Shown here: piece after piece, positions 9,169 to 17,937 of the stretch
Layout: the number at the start of each line of letters is the position of its first letter
Numbering within the stretch: the first letter of the stretch is position 1
Source: a virus
Lineage: Duplodnaviria > Caudoviricetes
Direction: 5' to 3' (one strand)
Virus record (IMG/VR): IMGVR_UViG_3300046837_000115
Span: 1-56,031 of that record
Length of the DNA: 56,031 nucleotides
Notes under the pieces: generated by a model
The model's database searches: none
Told to the model about the DNA's origin: nothing
What the model saw: the letters and a program-made list of their open reading frames with translations, nothing else
Translations under genes and position numbers: made by a program

Positions 9169-10911
9169 GTGCCGATCGCCCCGATGCAGCAGGCGTTCGA
9201 CAGTCCCGGCTTCCAGTCCGCCGACCCAGAAGCGTTCCAAACCGGGCTACGAGCCCAGTCCACCCCCGATCTTGTCGATACGGCGTTCCAGCCGGGGGCG
9301 TTCCAGGAGGAGAACAACCCGGTAGGCACCGGCGCTATCGCGTCGCTCGAAGCGTTCGGGACCGCAGCCCGAATCGTCAGGATCCAGTCGCCGGTAGCGC
9401 TCGCCACCGCAGAGGCGTTCGGAGCCGCCGATCATGTGCTCAGGGTCGTCGGGAACGCTGGCGCCGTCGGATCGCTGGAGGCTTTCGGTGTCGCGGATGC
9501 CCTCCGAGTCGTTCGCAACGCCGGGGCTGTCGCCAGCCTTGAGACCTTCGGGACGACCCGCTCGGTGTTCCTGGTCAAACCGGTCGCCCTGGCGTCTCTG
9601 GAGGCGTGGGGGACGCCGACGATCGCCCCGGTTGTGCTCGGCGGCATCACCGCCGCCGGAGGCATAGCGTCCCTCACAGCGTTCGGGACAGCCAACGTCG
9701 TCCGGATCCTCGCCCCGGTCGCTGCCGCGACGGCGGAGACGTTCGGCGTCCCGCGCTCCGTCTTCCTCATCGAACAGCAGGGGCTTTTCCCGTTCCCGTG
9801 GCAGCCGCTCGCGTTCCAGGAAGACAGCCCGCTCGCCTACGGCGCGATCGTCAGCCAAGAAACGTTCGGGACCCCGCGGGCGGTGTTCCTTACTAAACCG
9901 GTGGGGATCGCGACCGCGGAGGCGTTCGGGACGCTCACCACGAACATGCTGTACGCCGCGGGCGCGATCCCGTCCGCTGTCGCGTTCGGAACCGCCCACG
10001 TCCTGTTCGTCGTCAAGCCGGTCGGGCTCGGAAGTTCGGAGGCGTGGGGCACCTCGACCCTACACCTCGGCGCCACGACCATCACCAGTGCCGGGGCGGT
10101 CGCTTCGCTTGAGGCGTTCGGTGTCGGCCGGGTCGTCCGTCTTATCTACCCGCTCGGCGTCGTCTCCGCGGTAGCGTTCGGAACCCCGACCCGTGTCGTC
10201 GTACCGGCCGGGATCAGTATCGCCGGAGCGATCGCGAGCCTCGAAGCATTCGGCGTCGGCCGCGTCCTGTTCGTTGTCAGCGCCCAGGGCGTCGTCTCGG
10301 GGCAGGCGTTCGGGGTGGCGCATCCCGTCCGGATGGTCAACAACTCGGGCGCGATCGCAAGCGCCGCCCTGTTCGGCACCACGCGCGCCATCAGGGTCGT
10401 CGGCGCACAAGGCGTCGCGAGCCTCACCGGGTTCGGGAACCTGACCATCAACGCGCTGTATCTGCTGGGTATCGGGACGGCCGAGAGCTTCGGGACGTCT
10501 CACGTGATGTTCGTCGTCCGCAACACCGGCGCGATCTCGTCGGCGCAGTCGTCCGGGACAAACGGGCGCGTCCAACGAGTCACCGCGCCGACCGGAACGG
10601 GATCGGCCGAGTCGTTCGGTCAGGCCTCCCACGTGCTGCGGATCGTCACGGCGGTCAACATCACGACCGGCGAACAGTTCGGCACCGCCACACTCGTCCC
10701 GCCACAGCTCGGGGGCGGCTTCCTCGGCGGGCTCCGCGTCCAAGACCGGAACGTGTACGACGTGGCCGTGATCGACGGCGAAACCTACCTGGTCACGGTG
10801 CAGGACATCCCGGTCGGCGGTCTCACTGTCGGCGACCTCGAACGCTACGGCGTCGGCGCCGCAGACAACGGGGTCGGGGATGTGCTGGTCGGCGACCTTC
10901 AAGGAGGCTGA
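9169..10911 (+). CDS. Repeat-rich fibre-like protein with about 21 (A/G)IxSxEAFG repeats
   Basis: ~20-aa repeats counted in the translation; AFQ motifs at the N-terminus. Confidence 0.75.
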   Translation: MPIAPMQQAFDSPGFQSADPEAFQTGLRAQSTPDLVDTAFQPGAFQEENNPVGTGAIASLEAFGTAARIVRIQSPVALATAEAFGAADHVLRVVGNAGAVGSLEAFGVADALRVVRNAGAVASLETFGTTRSVFLVKPVALASLEAWGTPTIAPVVLGGITAAGGIASLTAFGTANVVRILAPVAAATAETFGVPRSVFLIEQQGLFPFPWQPLAFQEDSPLAYGAIVSQETFGTPRAVFLTKPVGIATAEAFGTLTTNMLYAAGAIPSAVAFGTAHVLFVVKPVGLGSSEAWGTSTLHLGATTITSAGAVASLEAFGVGRVVRLIYPLGVVSAVAFGTPTRVVVPAGISIAGAIASLEAFGVGRVLFVVSAQGVVSGQAFGVAHPVRMVNNSGAIASAALFGTTRAIRVVGAQGVASLTGFGNLTINALYLLGIGTAESFGTSHVMFVVRNTGAISSAQSSGTNGRVQRVTAPTGTGSAESFGQASHVLRIVTAVNITTGEQFGTATLVPPQLGGGFLGGLRVQDRNVYDVAVIDGETYLVTVQDIPVGGLTVGDLERYGVGAADNGVGDVLVGDLQGG

Positions 10912-10913
10912 GT

Positions 10914-11237
10914 GTGTCTACACCGCAAGGCGTCTCACGCTACGACCTCCACGACCTGGTGCGGTTCACCGGCAACTTCGTCGGCACCGACGGGATCACC
11001 CCCGCGGACCCGTCGACGGTCACGTTTCTGTTCAAGGACGCCAACGGCAGCGTCGGGTCGTATCAATACATCGGAGGGCCTGGCGGTGGCTCGATCACTC
11101 GGATCAGCGCAGGCGTGTATGCGAAAGACGTCACCGTGGTAGTGGCAGGTACGCATTTCTACCGGTGGGAAGGCACCGGCGGGCCGCAAGCGTCCGAGGA
11201 GTGGACAGTCACAGTCGCGCAGAGCTTCATCCTCTGA
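10914..11237 (+). CDS. Small beta-sandwich adaptor-like protein (paralog of 12889..13191)
   Basis: YDL.DLVR...ADPS.V.F...G.Y..DV...YRWEGTG. Confidence 0.7.
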   Translation: MSTPQGVSRYDLHDLVRFTGNFVGTDGITPADPSTVTFLFKDANGSVGSYQYIGGPGGGSITRISAGVYAKDVTVVVAGTHFYRWEGTGGPQASEEWTVTVAQSFIL

Positions 11238-11253
11238 TTAAGGAGGAGGAGCT

Positions 11254-12876
11254 GTGCCCAGCAACATAGGGTTCCAGCTCAACGCGTTCCAGGAAGACCC
11301 CTACGCCTCCGGCGCGGGCGCGCTCCCCAGCCTGGAAGCGTTCGGCACACCACGTATTGCGCAGCCGAGGAACCCGGTGGCGACGCTCGTCTGGGACAGC
11401 AACGGGTTCGAGGCCGGAACCGCGCTCAGCACCTATTTCTTCACGACCGGCGGGGCGCCAATCATCGACACCGCCGTCTCGAAGAACGGCCAAAACTCGT
11501 TCAAGGTCAGCGGCGATCCGTCCTGGGGGAGGAAGAGCCTCCCGGCAGGGCAGAAGGTCGCCGTCGCGAGGTTCTACATCAAGCTCGACACGCTCCCGTC
11601 GGCCGGTATCGAGCTAGCCACGCTCGGCGGCTTCCGGCTCGGCTACGACAGCACCCACCAGTCATTCGGTGTTATCGCCGGGACATCGCAGGACTTCACC
11701 GGGAACCACAGCGCCGCGATCTCGGCCGGGCGGTGGTATCTGATCGACATGCGGGCAGACCAGTCGGCATCCACGTGGGTGTTGGACTGGCAGATCGACC
11801 GTGTCGCCCAGACGCAGCTCGCGTTCGTGAACCCTGCCGCGAACGTCTCCGACATCTACCTCGGACACACAACCGGGTTCCCGGTGTCGGTCACGGCCCA
11901 CTACGACGACGCCGTCGTGTCGAACACGTGGGCGGACTACCCGATCGGCGCACCTGCCCTTCCTATCACCCCGGCCGGTATCCCGGCCCCTACCATCTCG
12001 ACGTTCCTGACACCGTGGGCGCAGGCTGACGCGTTCGGCGTCATCGGTCTCAACCGGACGGGGACGACCCCTAAGACGATCTACCCGGCCGGTATCCCGG
12101 TCGCGTCCGGGTGGGGTGACGACTGGGGGGACAACTGGGGCGGCGGCGGCCGGTTCGGCACGGCGCGGGCGGTGTTCGTCACCCGTCCGCCTGGGTTAGC
12201 GAGCGTCACGGCGTTCGGGACACCGACACGGGTGGTCATCCCTGCCGGTGTCAGCGCGACAGGGCATATCGCGTCGCTTGAAGCTTTCGGGACAGCGCAC
12301 GTTCTGATCGTTGTCAGGTCGACAGGGCTCGCGTCGAAGGAAACATTCGGGATCGCGCACCCGACCCGGATCGTTCGAAACACTGGCGCTCTCGGGTCGG
12401 CGGAAGCGTTCGGGACGCCGACCCGGGTCGTTCCCGGCCTGATCCTCTCCGCCGGGCAGATCGCCTCGCTCGAAGCGTTCGGGGCCGCGACCATCCTCGG
12501 CGGTGTCGCCCCACCTGCACCATCGCTACCGGCCCGGCTGTTCATCGGCGACGGCGGCCTGGTCGTGCTTGCATACGGCGACCAGCCACTCTCCGCCGCG
12601 AGGATGGCCGACGGGGCCGCCGCCATCGCGCAAGCGGACGCAGCAGTCGCTGCAGCTGTCGTCGACGGGCAGCTCGGGCTCCTCATCGTGACCGACAGGG
12701 TGACGTCGCTACCGCGGGTGTTCATGAGCGACGCCAGCCTCGCCTCACTGTTGACCGCGGATCTAACCGGCGCAGTCACGTTGTCAGACGCGGCTCTCGT
12801 CGTCTCCCTGTCTGAACTGGTCGGGGTGCGGTTAGCGCCGCTCGACACGTCGGCGACCCTCAACGTGGTGGCGTGA
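11254..12876 (+). CDS. Second SxEAFG-repeat fibre-like protein with an inserted lectin-like domain
   Basis: AAGGAGG RBS; GFQLNAFQED start; six clear repeats; WGDDWGDNWG segment. Confidence 0.72.
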   Translation: MPSNIGFQLNAFQEDPYASGAGALPSLEAFGTPRIAQPRNPVATLVWDSNGFEAGTALSTYFFTTGGAPIIDTAVSKNGQNSFKVSGDPSWGRKSLPAGQKVAVARFYIKLDTLPSAGIELATLGGFRLGYDSTHQSFGVIAGTSQDFTGNHSAAISAGRWYLIDMRADQSASTWVLDWQIDRVAQTQLAFVNPAANVSDIYLGHTTGFPVSVTAHYDDAVVSNTWADYPIGAPALPITPAGIPAPTISTFLTPWAQADAFGVIGLNRTGTTPKTIYPAGIPVASGWGDDWGDNWGGGGRFGTARAVFVTRPPGLASVTAFGTPTRVVIPAGVSATGHIASLEAFGTAHVLIVVRSTGLASKETFGIAHPTRIVRNTGALGSAEAFGTPTRVVPGLILSAGQIASLEAFGAATILGGVAPPAPSLPARLFIGDGGLVVLAYGDQPLSAARMADGAAAIAQADAAVAAAVVDGQLGLLIVTDRVTSLPRVFMSDASLASLLTADLTGAVTLSDAALVVSLSELVGVRLAPLDTSATLNVVA

Positions 12877-12888
12877 AAGGAGGGCCTG

Positions 12889-13191
12889 TTGCCGAACGTC
12901 TACGACATCGGAGACCTCGTCCGGGTGCAGGCCACGTTCCTCGGGTCCGGCGGGCTGGCCGACCCGTCCCAGGTGTGGTTCCTGATCCGTGACGGGGCCG
13001 GGAACAACGCCACCCACCGGTACGGACTGACCCCGTCCGCGATCTTCCGGGCCACCGTCGGCGGCTACTACATCGACGTCGACGTCGCGTCGTCCGTAGG
13101 CGACTGGCGGTACCGGTGGGAAGGCACCGGCAACAACGTCCAGGTGGCGGAAGAGTCAACGTTCAACGCGCGACGCACCTTCAAGCTGTGA
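12889..13191 (+). CDS. Small adaptor-like protein (paralog of 10914..11237)
   Basis: AGGAGG RBS; TTG start; YDIGDLVR...ADPSQV...YRWEGTG. Confidence 0.7.
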   Translation: MPNVYDIGDLVRVQATFLGSGGLADPSQVWFLIRDGAGNNATHRYGLTPSAIFRATVGGYYIDVDVASSVGDWRYRWEGTGNNVQVAEESTFNARRTFKL

Positions 13192-13991
13192 GCCCTGTTG
13201 TTGATGGAGTCTTCGTCCCCCGCACCCCGCTCGTCACCGCCGAACAGCACGTCGGTTTCCTCGCTATCGACACCCACATTCTCACGCGTCGCCGCCGTCT
13301 TGAGTCTGAAGGTGCGCCGTTTGCTCGACGAATCGGATACGTCACCGCCCACCTCGGCATCACCCCCGCCGGAATCCAGGAACGACTCGCCGACCGGCTA
13401 GCGGCAGGTCTCGAAGAGACAGCACGGTTCGGGTACAGGACGGTGCAAGCTGAGGTACGCAGCCTCCGCCGGGCGCGACCTCGGGACGCCCGACATGCGG
13501 CCCGCGCCGGTCTTCTTCTCCCGGACGCGGGCCGCTACGGGCGCCTCGCCATGCAAGGACTCCCCGGCCTGTTGCTCGTGATGAAACACCGCGGCATCGT
13601 CGTCGCCGCCGCCGTCTCGCAAGCCGCCTCCGACGCCGCGAAGAAAACCGAGGACAAGACCGCCGCCTCCCTGGCGGCCATCGCCGCAGCGCAACGGCAG
13701 CTACACAACGGCGTGCTCGAACTCATCGGGGAAGCCCTAAACATGGGGCGTACAGCGGGGGCGCTCGCGATGCCGGAACCGCCGACGTTCGCGATGCGGT
13801 CCGAGCAGCTCGACGGCAACACGTGCGACTCCTGCAACGAACTGCACGGCACCATCGTCGAGGTCGACTCCGCCGACTACTACAGCTACATGCCGCCGGA
13901 GGACTGCGAAGGCGGCGGCCGCTGCCGCGGTGTCTACGTGTACGGCGACGCCGCGGCGGATGTCTCTGCGCCAGTTGAGGAGGCCGCATGA
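13188..13991 (+). CDS. Phage minor head / head morphogenesis protein (Mu gpF-like)
   Basis: SEQLDGNTCDSC..LHG...PP..C.G..RCR zinc motif; GTG overlaps the upstream TGA; lies upstream of the protease. Confidence 0.7.
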   Translation: MSPVVDGVFVPRTPLVTAEQHVGFLAIDTHILTRRRRLESEGAPFARRIGYVTAHLGITPAGIQERLADRLAAGLEETARFGYRTVQAEVRSLRRARPRDARHAARAGLLLPDAGRYGRLAMQGLPGLLLVMKHRGIVVAAAVSQAASDAAKKTEDKTAASLAAIAAAQRQLHNGVLELIGEALNMGRTAGALAMPEPPTFAMRSEQLDGNTCDSCNELHGTIVEVDSADYYSYMPPEDCEGGGRCRGVYVYGDAAADVSAPVEEAA

Positions 13992-14188
13992 ACTGGAAGT
14001 TCCACATAGTCAGCGCCATCCCGCGCAGCGCCCCCAACTGGTTCATGCGGATCCCCGTCTACGCGCAAACACAGACCCACGCTGCTATTACCGGGCGGAT
14101 CGTCGCCGAGGTCACCGGCGCCCGATTGTGGGACGCCCGGGCTTTTTTCGCCACCGGACTGAAGGAGCCAGATGACAACGACGACTAA
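13988..14188 (+). CDS. Hypothetical protein
   Basis: ATGA overlap with the upstream gene. Confidence 0.45.
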   Translation: MNWKFHIVSAIPRSAPNWFMRIPVYAQTQTHAAITGRIVAEVTGARLWDARAFFATGLKEPDDNDD

Positions 14189-14360
14189 GACGCACAAGGC
14201 GACCGCCAAGCCGGTCGACGACCCCGAATTCGTCGCCGCCTACGGCGGCGCGTACCAGGCGTCATGCGGATGCGGCTGGACGGGTGAGGTACGCAGCCGT
14301 CAAGTTCGGGCGCAGGCCGAGGCCGACGGTCACGTCGCCGCAGAGAAGGAGGACTCATGA
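14172..14360 (+). CDS. Small CxCGW zinc-binding hypothetical protein
   Basis: AAGGAG RBS; SCGCGW...H motif. Confidence 0.55.
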   Translation: MTTTTKTHKATAKPVDDPEFVAAYGGAYQASCGCGWTGEVRSRQVRAQAEADGHVAAEKEDS

Positions 14361-15805
14361 ACGATGCCCCACGTCTCGCGGAGTTCGTCGCGCTCGGCGC
14401 CGAAACGATTGACGCTCAGGGCCGCCAGTGGATCGAGGTGATGCCAACCGCGGACAAGATGCGGAACGGACCGTGGTTCTTCACCGTCGAAGCAGGCGAC
14501 CTCGAAACGTACGCGCAGTCGATCCGCGACAACCCCGACAAGATCCCCGTCGACTACGAGCACGCCGCCCAGACAGGCAGGGCGGCCGGGTGGTTCACCG
14601 GTCAGGCCGAAGTCCGCGACGACCGGTTGTGGGCGGAGGTGCAGTGGACACCGAAAGCCAGGCAGGAGATCACCGACGGTGAGTACCGGTTCATCAGCCC
14701 TGAGTTCACGTTCAACCAGAAGGACGGGAAGACCGGCCTGATGACGAGGGCGAAGGACATCATCGCGGCCGCCCTGACGAACAAACCGGCGTTCAAAGAA
14801 CTCGCGCCCGTCGCCGAGCTGCTGGAGTCGGACGAGGTCGACGCGATCTCAGACCTGTACGGAAGCGAGGTCGCCGACATGGTGCTCGCAGCGATGGGTG
14901 GCGACCTCGAGAAGGTGCGGGCCGCTGTGTGGTCGACCGCTTTCGTGAACGACCTGCCTGACTCGTCGTTCTTGCACGTCGAAGGTGGCGGCACGAAGGA
15001 CAGCAGCGGGAAGACGACGCCCAGATCGCTGCGGCATTTCCCGGTCAAGGACGCGTCGGGCAAGGTCGACATGCCGCACGTCCGCAACGCGCTCTCCCGG
15101 ATCCCGCAGTCGAGCCTGCCTGCCAACGTAAAGGCTCAATGCACGAGCGCGGCCCAGAAGATGATGTCAAACGCCGGGGGAAACCCCAGCGCCCAACTGG
15201 AAAGCGAGGCACCGATGAATGTCGAAGAGACCCTGAAGGCGCTGGGTATCGACGAGAGCGCCAGCGTCCCCGAGAAGGTGGCGGCTGTCATGAAGCAGAT
15301 GCAGGACGAGCTGCTAGTGAAGTCGGCCAGGATCGCCGAGCTTGAGGCTGCCGAGGGTGAGTCTGTGAAGCTGAACGACAGGATCGCCGAGCTTGAGGTT
15401 CGTGATTGGCAGCGCGAAGTCGACGTGCTGCTTTCGAAGGCCATCGACAACGGGCAAATCTATCCGCGTGAGAAGGACACATACGCGGAGATGTTCAGCA
15501 CTAGCGGGGAGCGCGTGGTTGAGCTGAAAAAAATCTTGGCGTCGCGTGCCCCGGGAACCGCTGTTTCTCGCAAGGAGCGGGGATCTGGCGGCGGGTCGCC
15601 GCTGTCGTTCGACGATCCTGACATGGTCGCGATCGCGTCCGAGCTTGGCATCAAGGACGACGGAGACCCGCTCGATGCCGACTCTGCCTTCCTGCACATG
15701 CGTGCGATGGCGAGCCTGAAGGAGCAGGGCAAGGGCAGCAACTACACCGCCGAGGAGTACTCGGCAGCTCTCGACGATGCGCAGCGTGTCGGTGTCGCTT
15801 ACTAA
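14357..15805 (+). CDS. Mu-like prohead protease I fused to an extra domain and a scaffold
   Basis: IPVDYEH, AAGWF, VQWTPKA...GEYRFISPEF, AALTNKP motifs; inserted NDLPDSSF...RHFP..D...HVRNAL domain; coiled-coil C-terminus. Confidence 0.85.
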   Translation: MNDAPRLAEFVALGAETIDAQGRQWIEVMPTADKMRNGPWFFTVEAGDLETYAQSIRDNPDKIPVDYEHAAQTGRAAGWFTGQAEVRDDRLWAEVQWTPKARQEITDGEYRFISPEFTFNQKDGKTGLMTRAKDIIAAALTNKPAFKELAPVAELLESDEVDAISDLYGSEVADMVLAAMGGDLEKVRAAVWSTAFVNDLPDSSFLHVEGGGTKDSSGKTTPRSLRHFPVKDASGKVDMPHVRNALSRIPQSSLPANVKAQCTSAAQKMMSNAGGNPSAQLESEAPMNVEETLKALGIDESASVPEKVAAVMKQMQDELLVKSARIAELEAAEGESVKLNDRIAELEVRDWQREVDVLLSKAIDNGQIYPREKDTYAEMFSTSGERVVELKKILASRAPGTAVSRKERGSGGGSPLSFDDPDMVAIASELGIKDDGDPLDADSAFLHMRAMASLKEQGKGSNYTAEEYSAALDDAQRVGVAY

Positions 15806-15835
15806 CCCGCTGCCCTAACCAGAAGGAGATCAGTC

Positions 15836-16243
15836 ATGGCTTTTGAAGGCCAGAAGCACTCCAAGACCTACCTTGCAGGGACGACGATCCCGGCGATGTG
15901 CCCGGTCGCCTACATCGGGAACATCACCGCCGGATCCGCGCAGGTTGCTGAGAAGGTGTGGCCTGTCGGATCGTCCAGCTTCCCGGTGCTCGGCGTCGCC
16001 CGCGCATCGGCCGCCGCCGGACAGCCCGTCGAGGTTGACCTGCCTCACTCGTACGTGAAATGCGTCGCCGTCGCCTCGATAGGCGCTGGGGCACTGGTCG
16101 CGGTCGGCTCCCTCAACGGCGCCCTCGGCCTGATCGCTATCGGGGGCGCGTCCGCGATCAAGTACACGGTCGGCACCGTCGAGCAGCCCGCCGCCGCCGC
16201 CGACGTCTTCACGGTGCTGCTGAACCCGCAGAACATCATCTAA
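15836..16243 (+). CDS. Capsid cement/decoration protein (DUF2190-like)
   Basis: Size, position between protease and capsid, LGVA..AAAGQPV and G...A.AAD motifs. Confidence 0.7.
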   Translation: MAFEGQKHSKTYLAGTTIPAMCPVAYIGNITAGSAQVAEKVWPVGSSSFPVLGVARASAAAGQPVEVDLPHSYVKCVAVASIGAGALVAVGSLNGALGLIAIGGASAIKYTVGTVEQPAAAADVFTVLLNPQNII

Positions 16244-16272
16244 CGCCCGCCCGCTAAAGGAAGGATAGAGAG

Positions 16273-17280
16273 ATGCCTAACCCGACCACGGTGGGCGTTG
16301 TCCATGTCAGCGCACCACTCACGAACCTCGCCCGGCTGTACCGTCCGCTGGACGAAGGCTTTATCGCCGACGAGATCGTCCCACGGCTCCCTGTCGTCCA
16401 CGAGACCGACCTGTACTACACATGGTCGCAGGGAGAGTTCTACGGGACGGAGGTCACCGACCTGACCGCCGACCGCACCGAGCCACGCGAGGTCGACTTC
16501 AACGCAACCACGGCAAGCTACTCGGCCGTCAGGCGCGAGCTTGCGTGGACGATCTCGCAGCGGGAGCGTCAGAACGCCGACAACCAGCTGCGGCTGCAGG
16601 AAGTCAAGCAACTCGGAGTCCTCGGCCGCCTTCAGATGCTCAGGGAGATGCGGTGCGCCGCGATCCTGAACGCGTCCGGTGTCTCGACCGTGATCAACGG
16701 CGAGACGTTCACGGGCGGCTTGAACTCCGGTGCTACGGCGTCGAAGACGGCGTTCTGGGATGGTGCGTCGACGACGTTCCAGCAGATCACCGGCGACATC
16801 ATCAAGGGGATCACCGGGATGCGGCAGGCGATCGGCTTGCGTCCGAACATGATCGTCGTCCCCGCAGCCGTCGCTGAGGGACTGAACAAGTCGCTGTACT
16901 ACAGCGGCACCGCTGGCCCGTTGGTGCAGTACTCCGGACGGCCGGAAGAACTCCCGGCCTACAGCCAGTATCCGCTGCTCCCGTCCCAGATCGCCGGGAT
17001 GCGTGTGCTGGTTCCGGGGAACATCAAGAACACCGCGAACGAGGGCCAGACCGCCTCCTATTCGGACATTTGGGGCGAGACCGTCCTGCTGGCGTACGTG
17101 ACTCCGGGTCCGGCGATGGAGACCCCATCGCTCGCCTACACGTTCACGGCCGAGTCACGCCAGACCCGGACGGCACGCGACGACATCCGCCGCCTAGACT
17201 GGTACGCCGTCGGCGAGACCTCTGTCGAGAGCGTGGTCGCCCCGGCGGCCGGTTGGACGATCACCGACACCCTCACCTAG
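16273..17280 (+). CDS. Major capsid protein
   Basis: LTNLA..Y....FIAD.I.P..PV N-terminus; WD, RPN.IV and WG motifs of the Mu/lambda-E-like capsid family; position. Confidence 0.85.
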   Translation: MPNPTTVGVVHVSAPLTNLARLYRPLDEGFIADEIVPRLPVVHETDLYYTWSQGEFYGTEVTDLTADRTEPREVDFNATTASYSAVRRELAWTISQRERQNADNQLRLQEVKQLGVLGRLQMLREMRCAAILNASGVSTVINGETFTGGLNSGATASKTAFWDGASTTFQQITGDIIKGITGMRQAIGLRPNMIVVPAAVAEGLNKSLYYSGTAGPLVQYSGRPEELPAYSQYPLLPSQIAGMRVLVPGNIKNTANEGQTASYSDIWGETVLLAYVTPGPAMETPSLAYTFTAESRQTRTARDDIRRLDWYAVGETSVESVVAPAAGWTITDTLT

Positions 17281-17292
17281 AGGGGAGCCTTC

Positions 17293-17580
17293 ATGCCGAA
17301 CCCTGTCGGGTTTGAGTTCCAGTCGTTGGCGTCCGGTGTCGTGGGATTGTTGGCGTCGGTGCCGACCACCGCGGATTCGTTCCGGGTCCGTGTCGAGTTG
17401 GCGTCGTGCCGGTGGCTGTCGTCTGCGACACCGAACGCCTCCGTAGGGCTGTTGATCACACCCGGGGACGCGCCGATGCATTTCGCGTTGGCGTCCCCGG
17501 CGCAGTTCAAGTTGTTCCCCTTGGTGGCTGCGCAGTTCACCGTGCAGTACTTCGCGGGCAGCGACCAGTACAAGCTCTAA
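17293..17580 (+). CDS. Hypothetical virion protein
   Basis: GGAG RBS; 95-aa ORF after the capsid gene. Confidence 0.6.
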   Translation: MPNPVGFEFQSLASGVVGLLASVPTTADSFRVRVELASCRWLSSATPNASVGLLITPGDAPMHFALASPAQFKLFPLVAAQFTVQYFAGSDQYKL

Positions 17581-17593
17581 GGGAGGCCCAGAT

Positions 17594-17785
17594 ATGGCTC
17601 GACGGAGCACGTCGTACAGCGTGTACGACAGCAAGGGCCGCCTCCTCGGGGGCGGCAAGAACGTCGACCGCGACACCGCCGTCAAGGTGAAAGACCGGGC
17701 GGTCCAGTCCGGTATGCATGACGTCCAGATGATCCGCAGAGGCCAAGAGGGCAAAGAGCCCGGGCCGCGGGTCCTCGACGCCTAA
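17594..17785 (+). CDS. Hypothetical protein
   Basis: GGAGG RBS. Confidence 0.55.
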   Translation: MARRSTSYSVYDSKGRLLGGGKNVDRDTAVKVKDRAVQSGMHDVQMIRRGQEGKEPGPRVLDA

Positions 17786-17787
17786 CT

Positions 17788-17937
17788 GCGAAGGAAGGGG
17801 CGCTACTGCCTGGCGTCCCTTCCCGTCGCAGGGCTGGAGGACAGCGGTGTAACCCTCATCTGGGCGGGCTCGCACCGCTGTCCTCGAACCCTGCCCAGAT
17901 ACCAATCGCGACACGTGAAGGAGTTAAGCCCAGATGA
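17788..17937 (+). promoter_or_regulatory. Structured 5' leader: two hairpins, with a loop complementary to the downstream start codon
   Basis: Stems 17793-17805/17811-17823 and 17837-17849/17873-17885 (13-bp perfect); loop TCATCTGGGC is the reverse complement of GCCCAGATGA at 17928-17937. Confidence 0.55.

Noticed and set aside
9169-12876. Diversity-generating retroelement or DNA-level repeat array
   Set aside because: The repeats are degenerate at synonymous positions (protein-level) and no reverse transcriptase is present
17788-17900. tRNA or simple intrinsic terminator
   Set aside because: No cloverleaf or T-loop consensus and no U-tract after either hairpin
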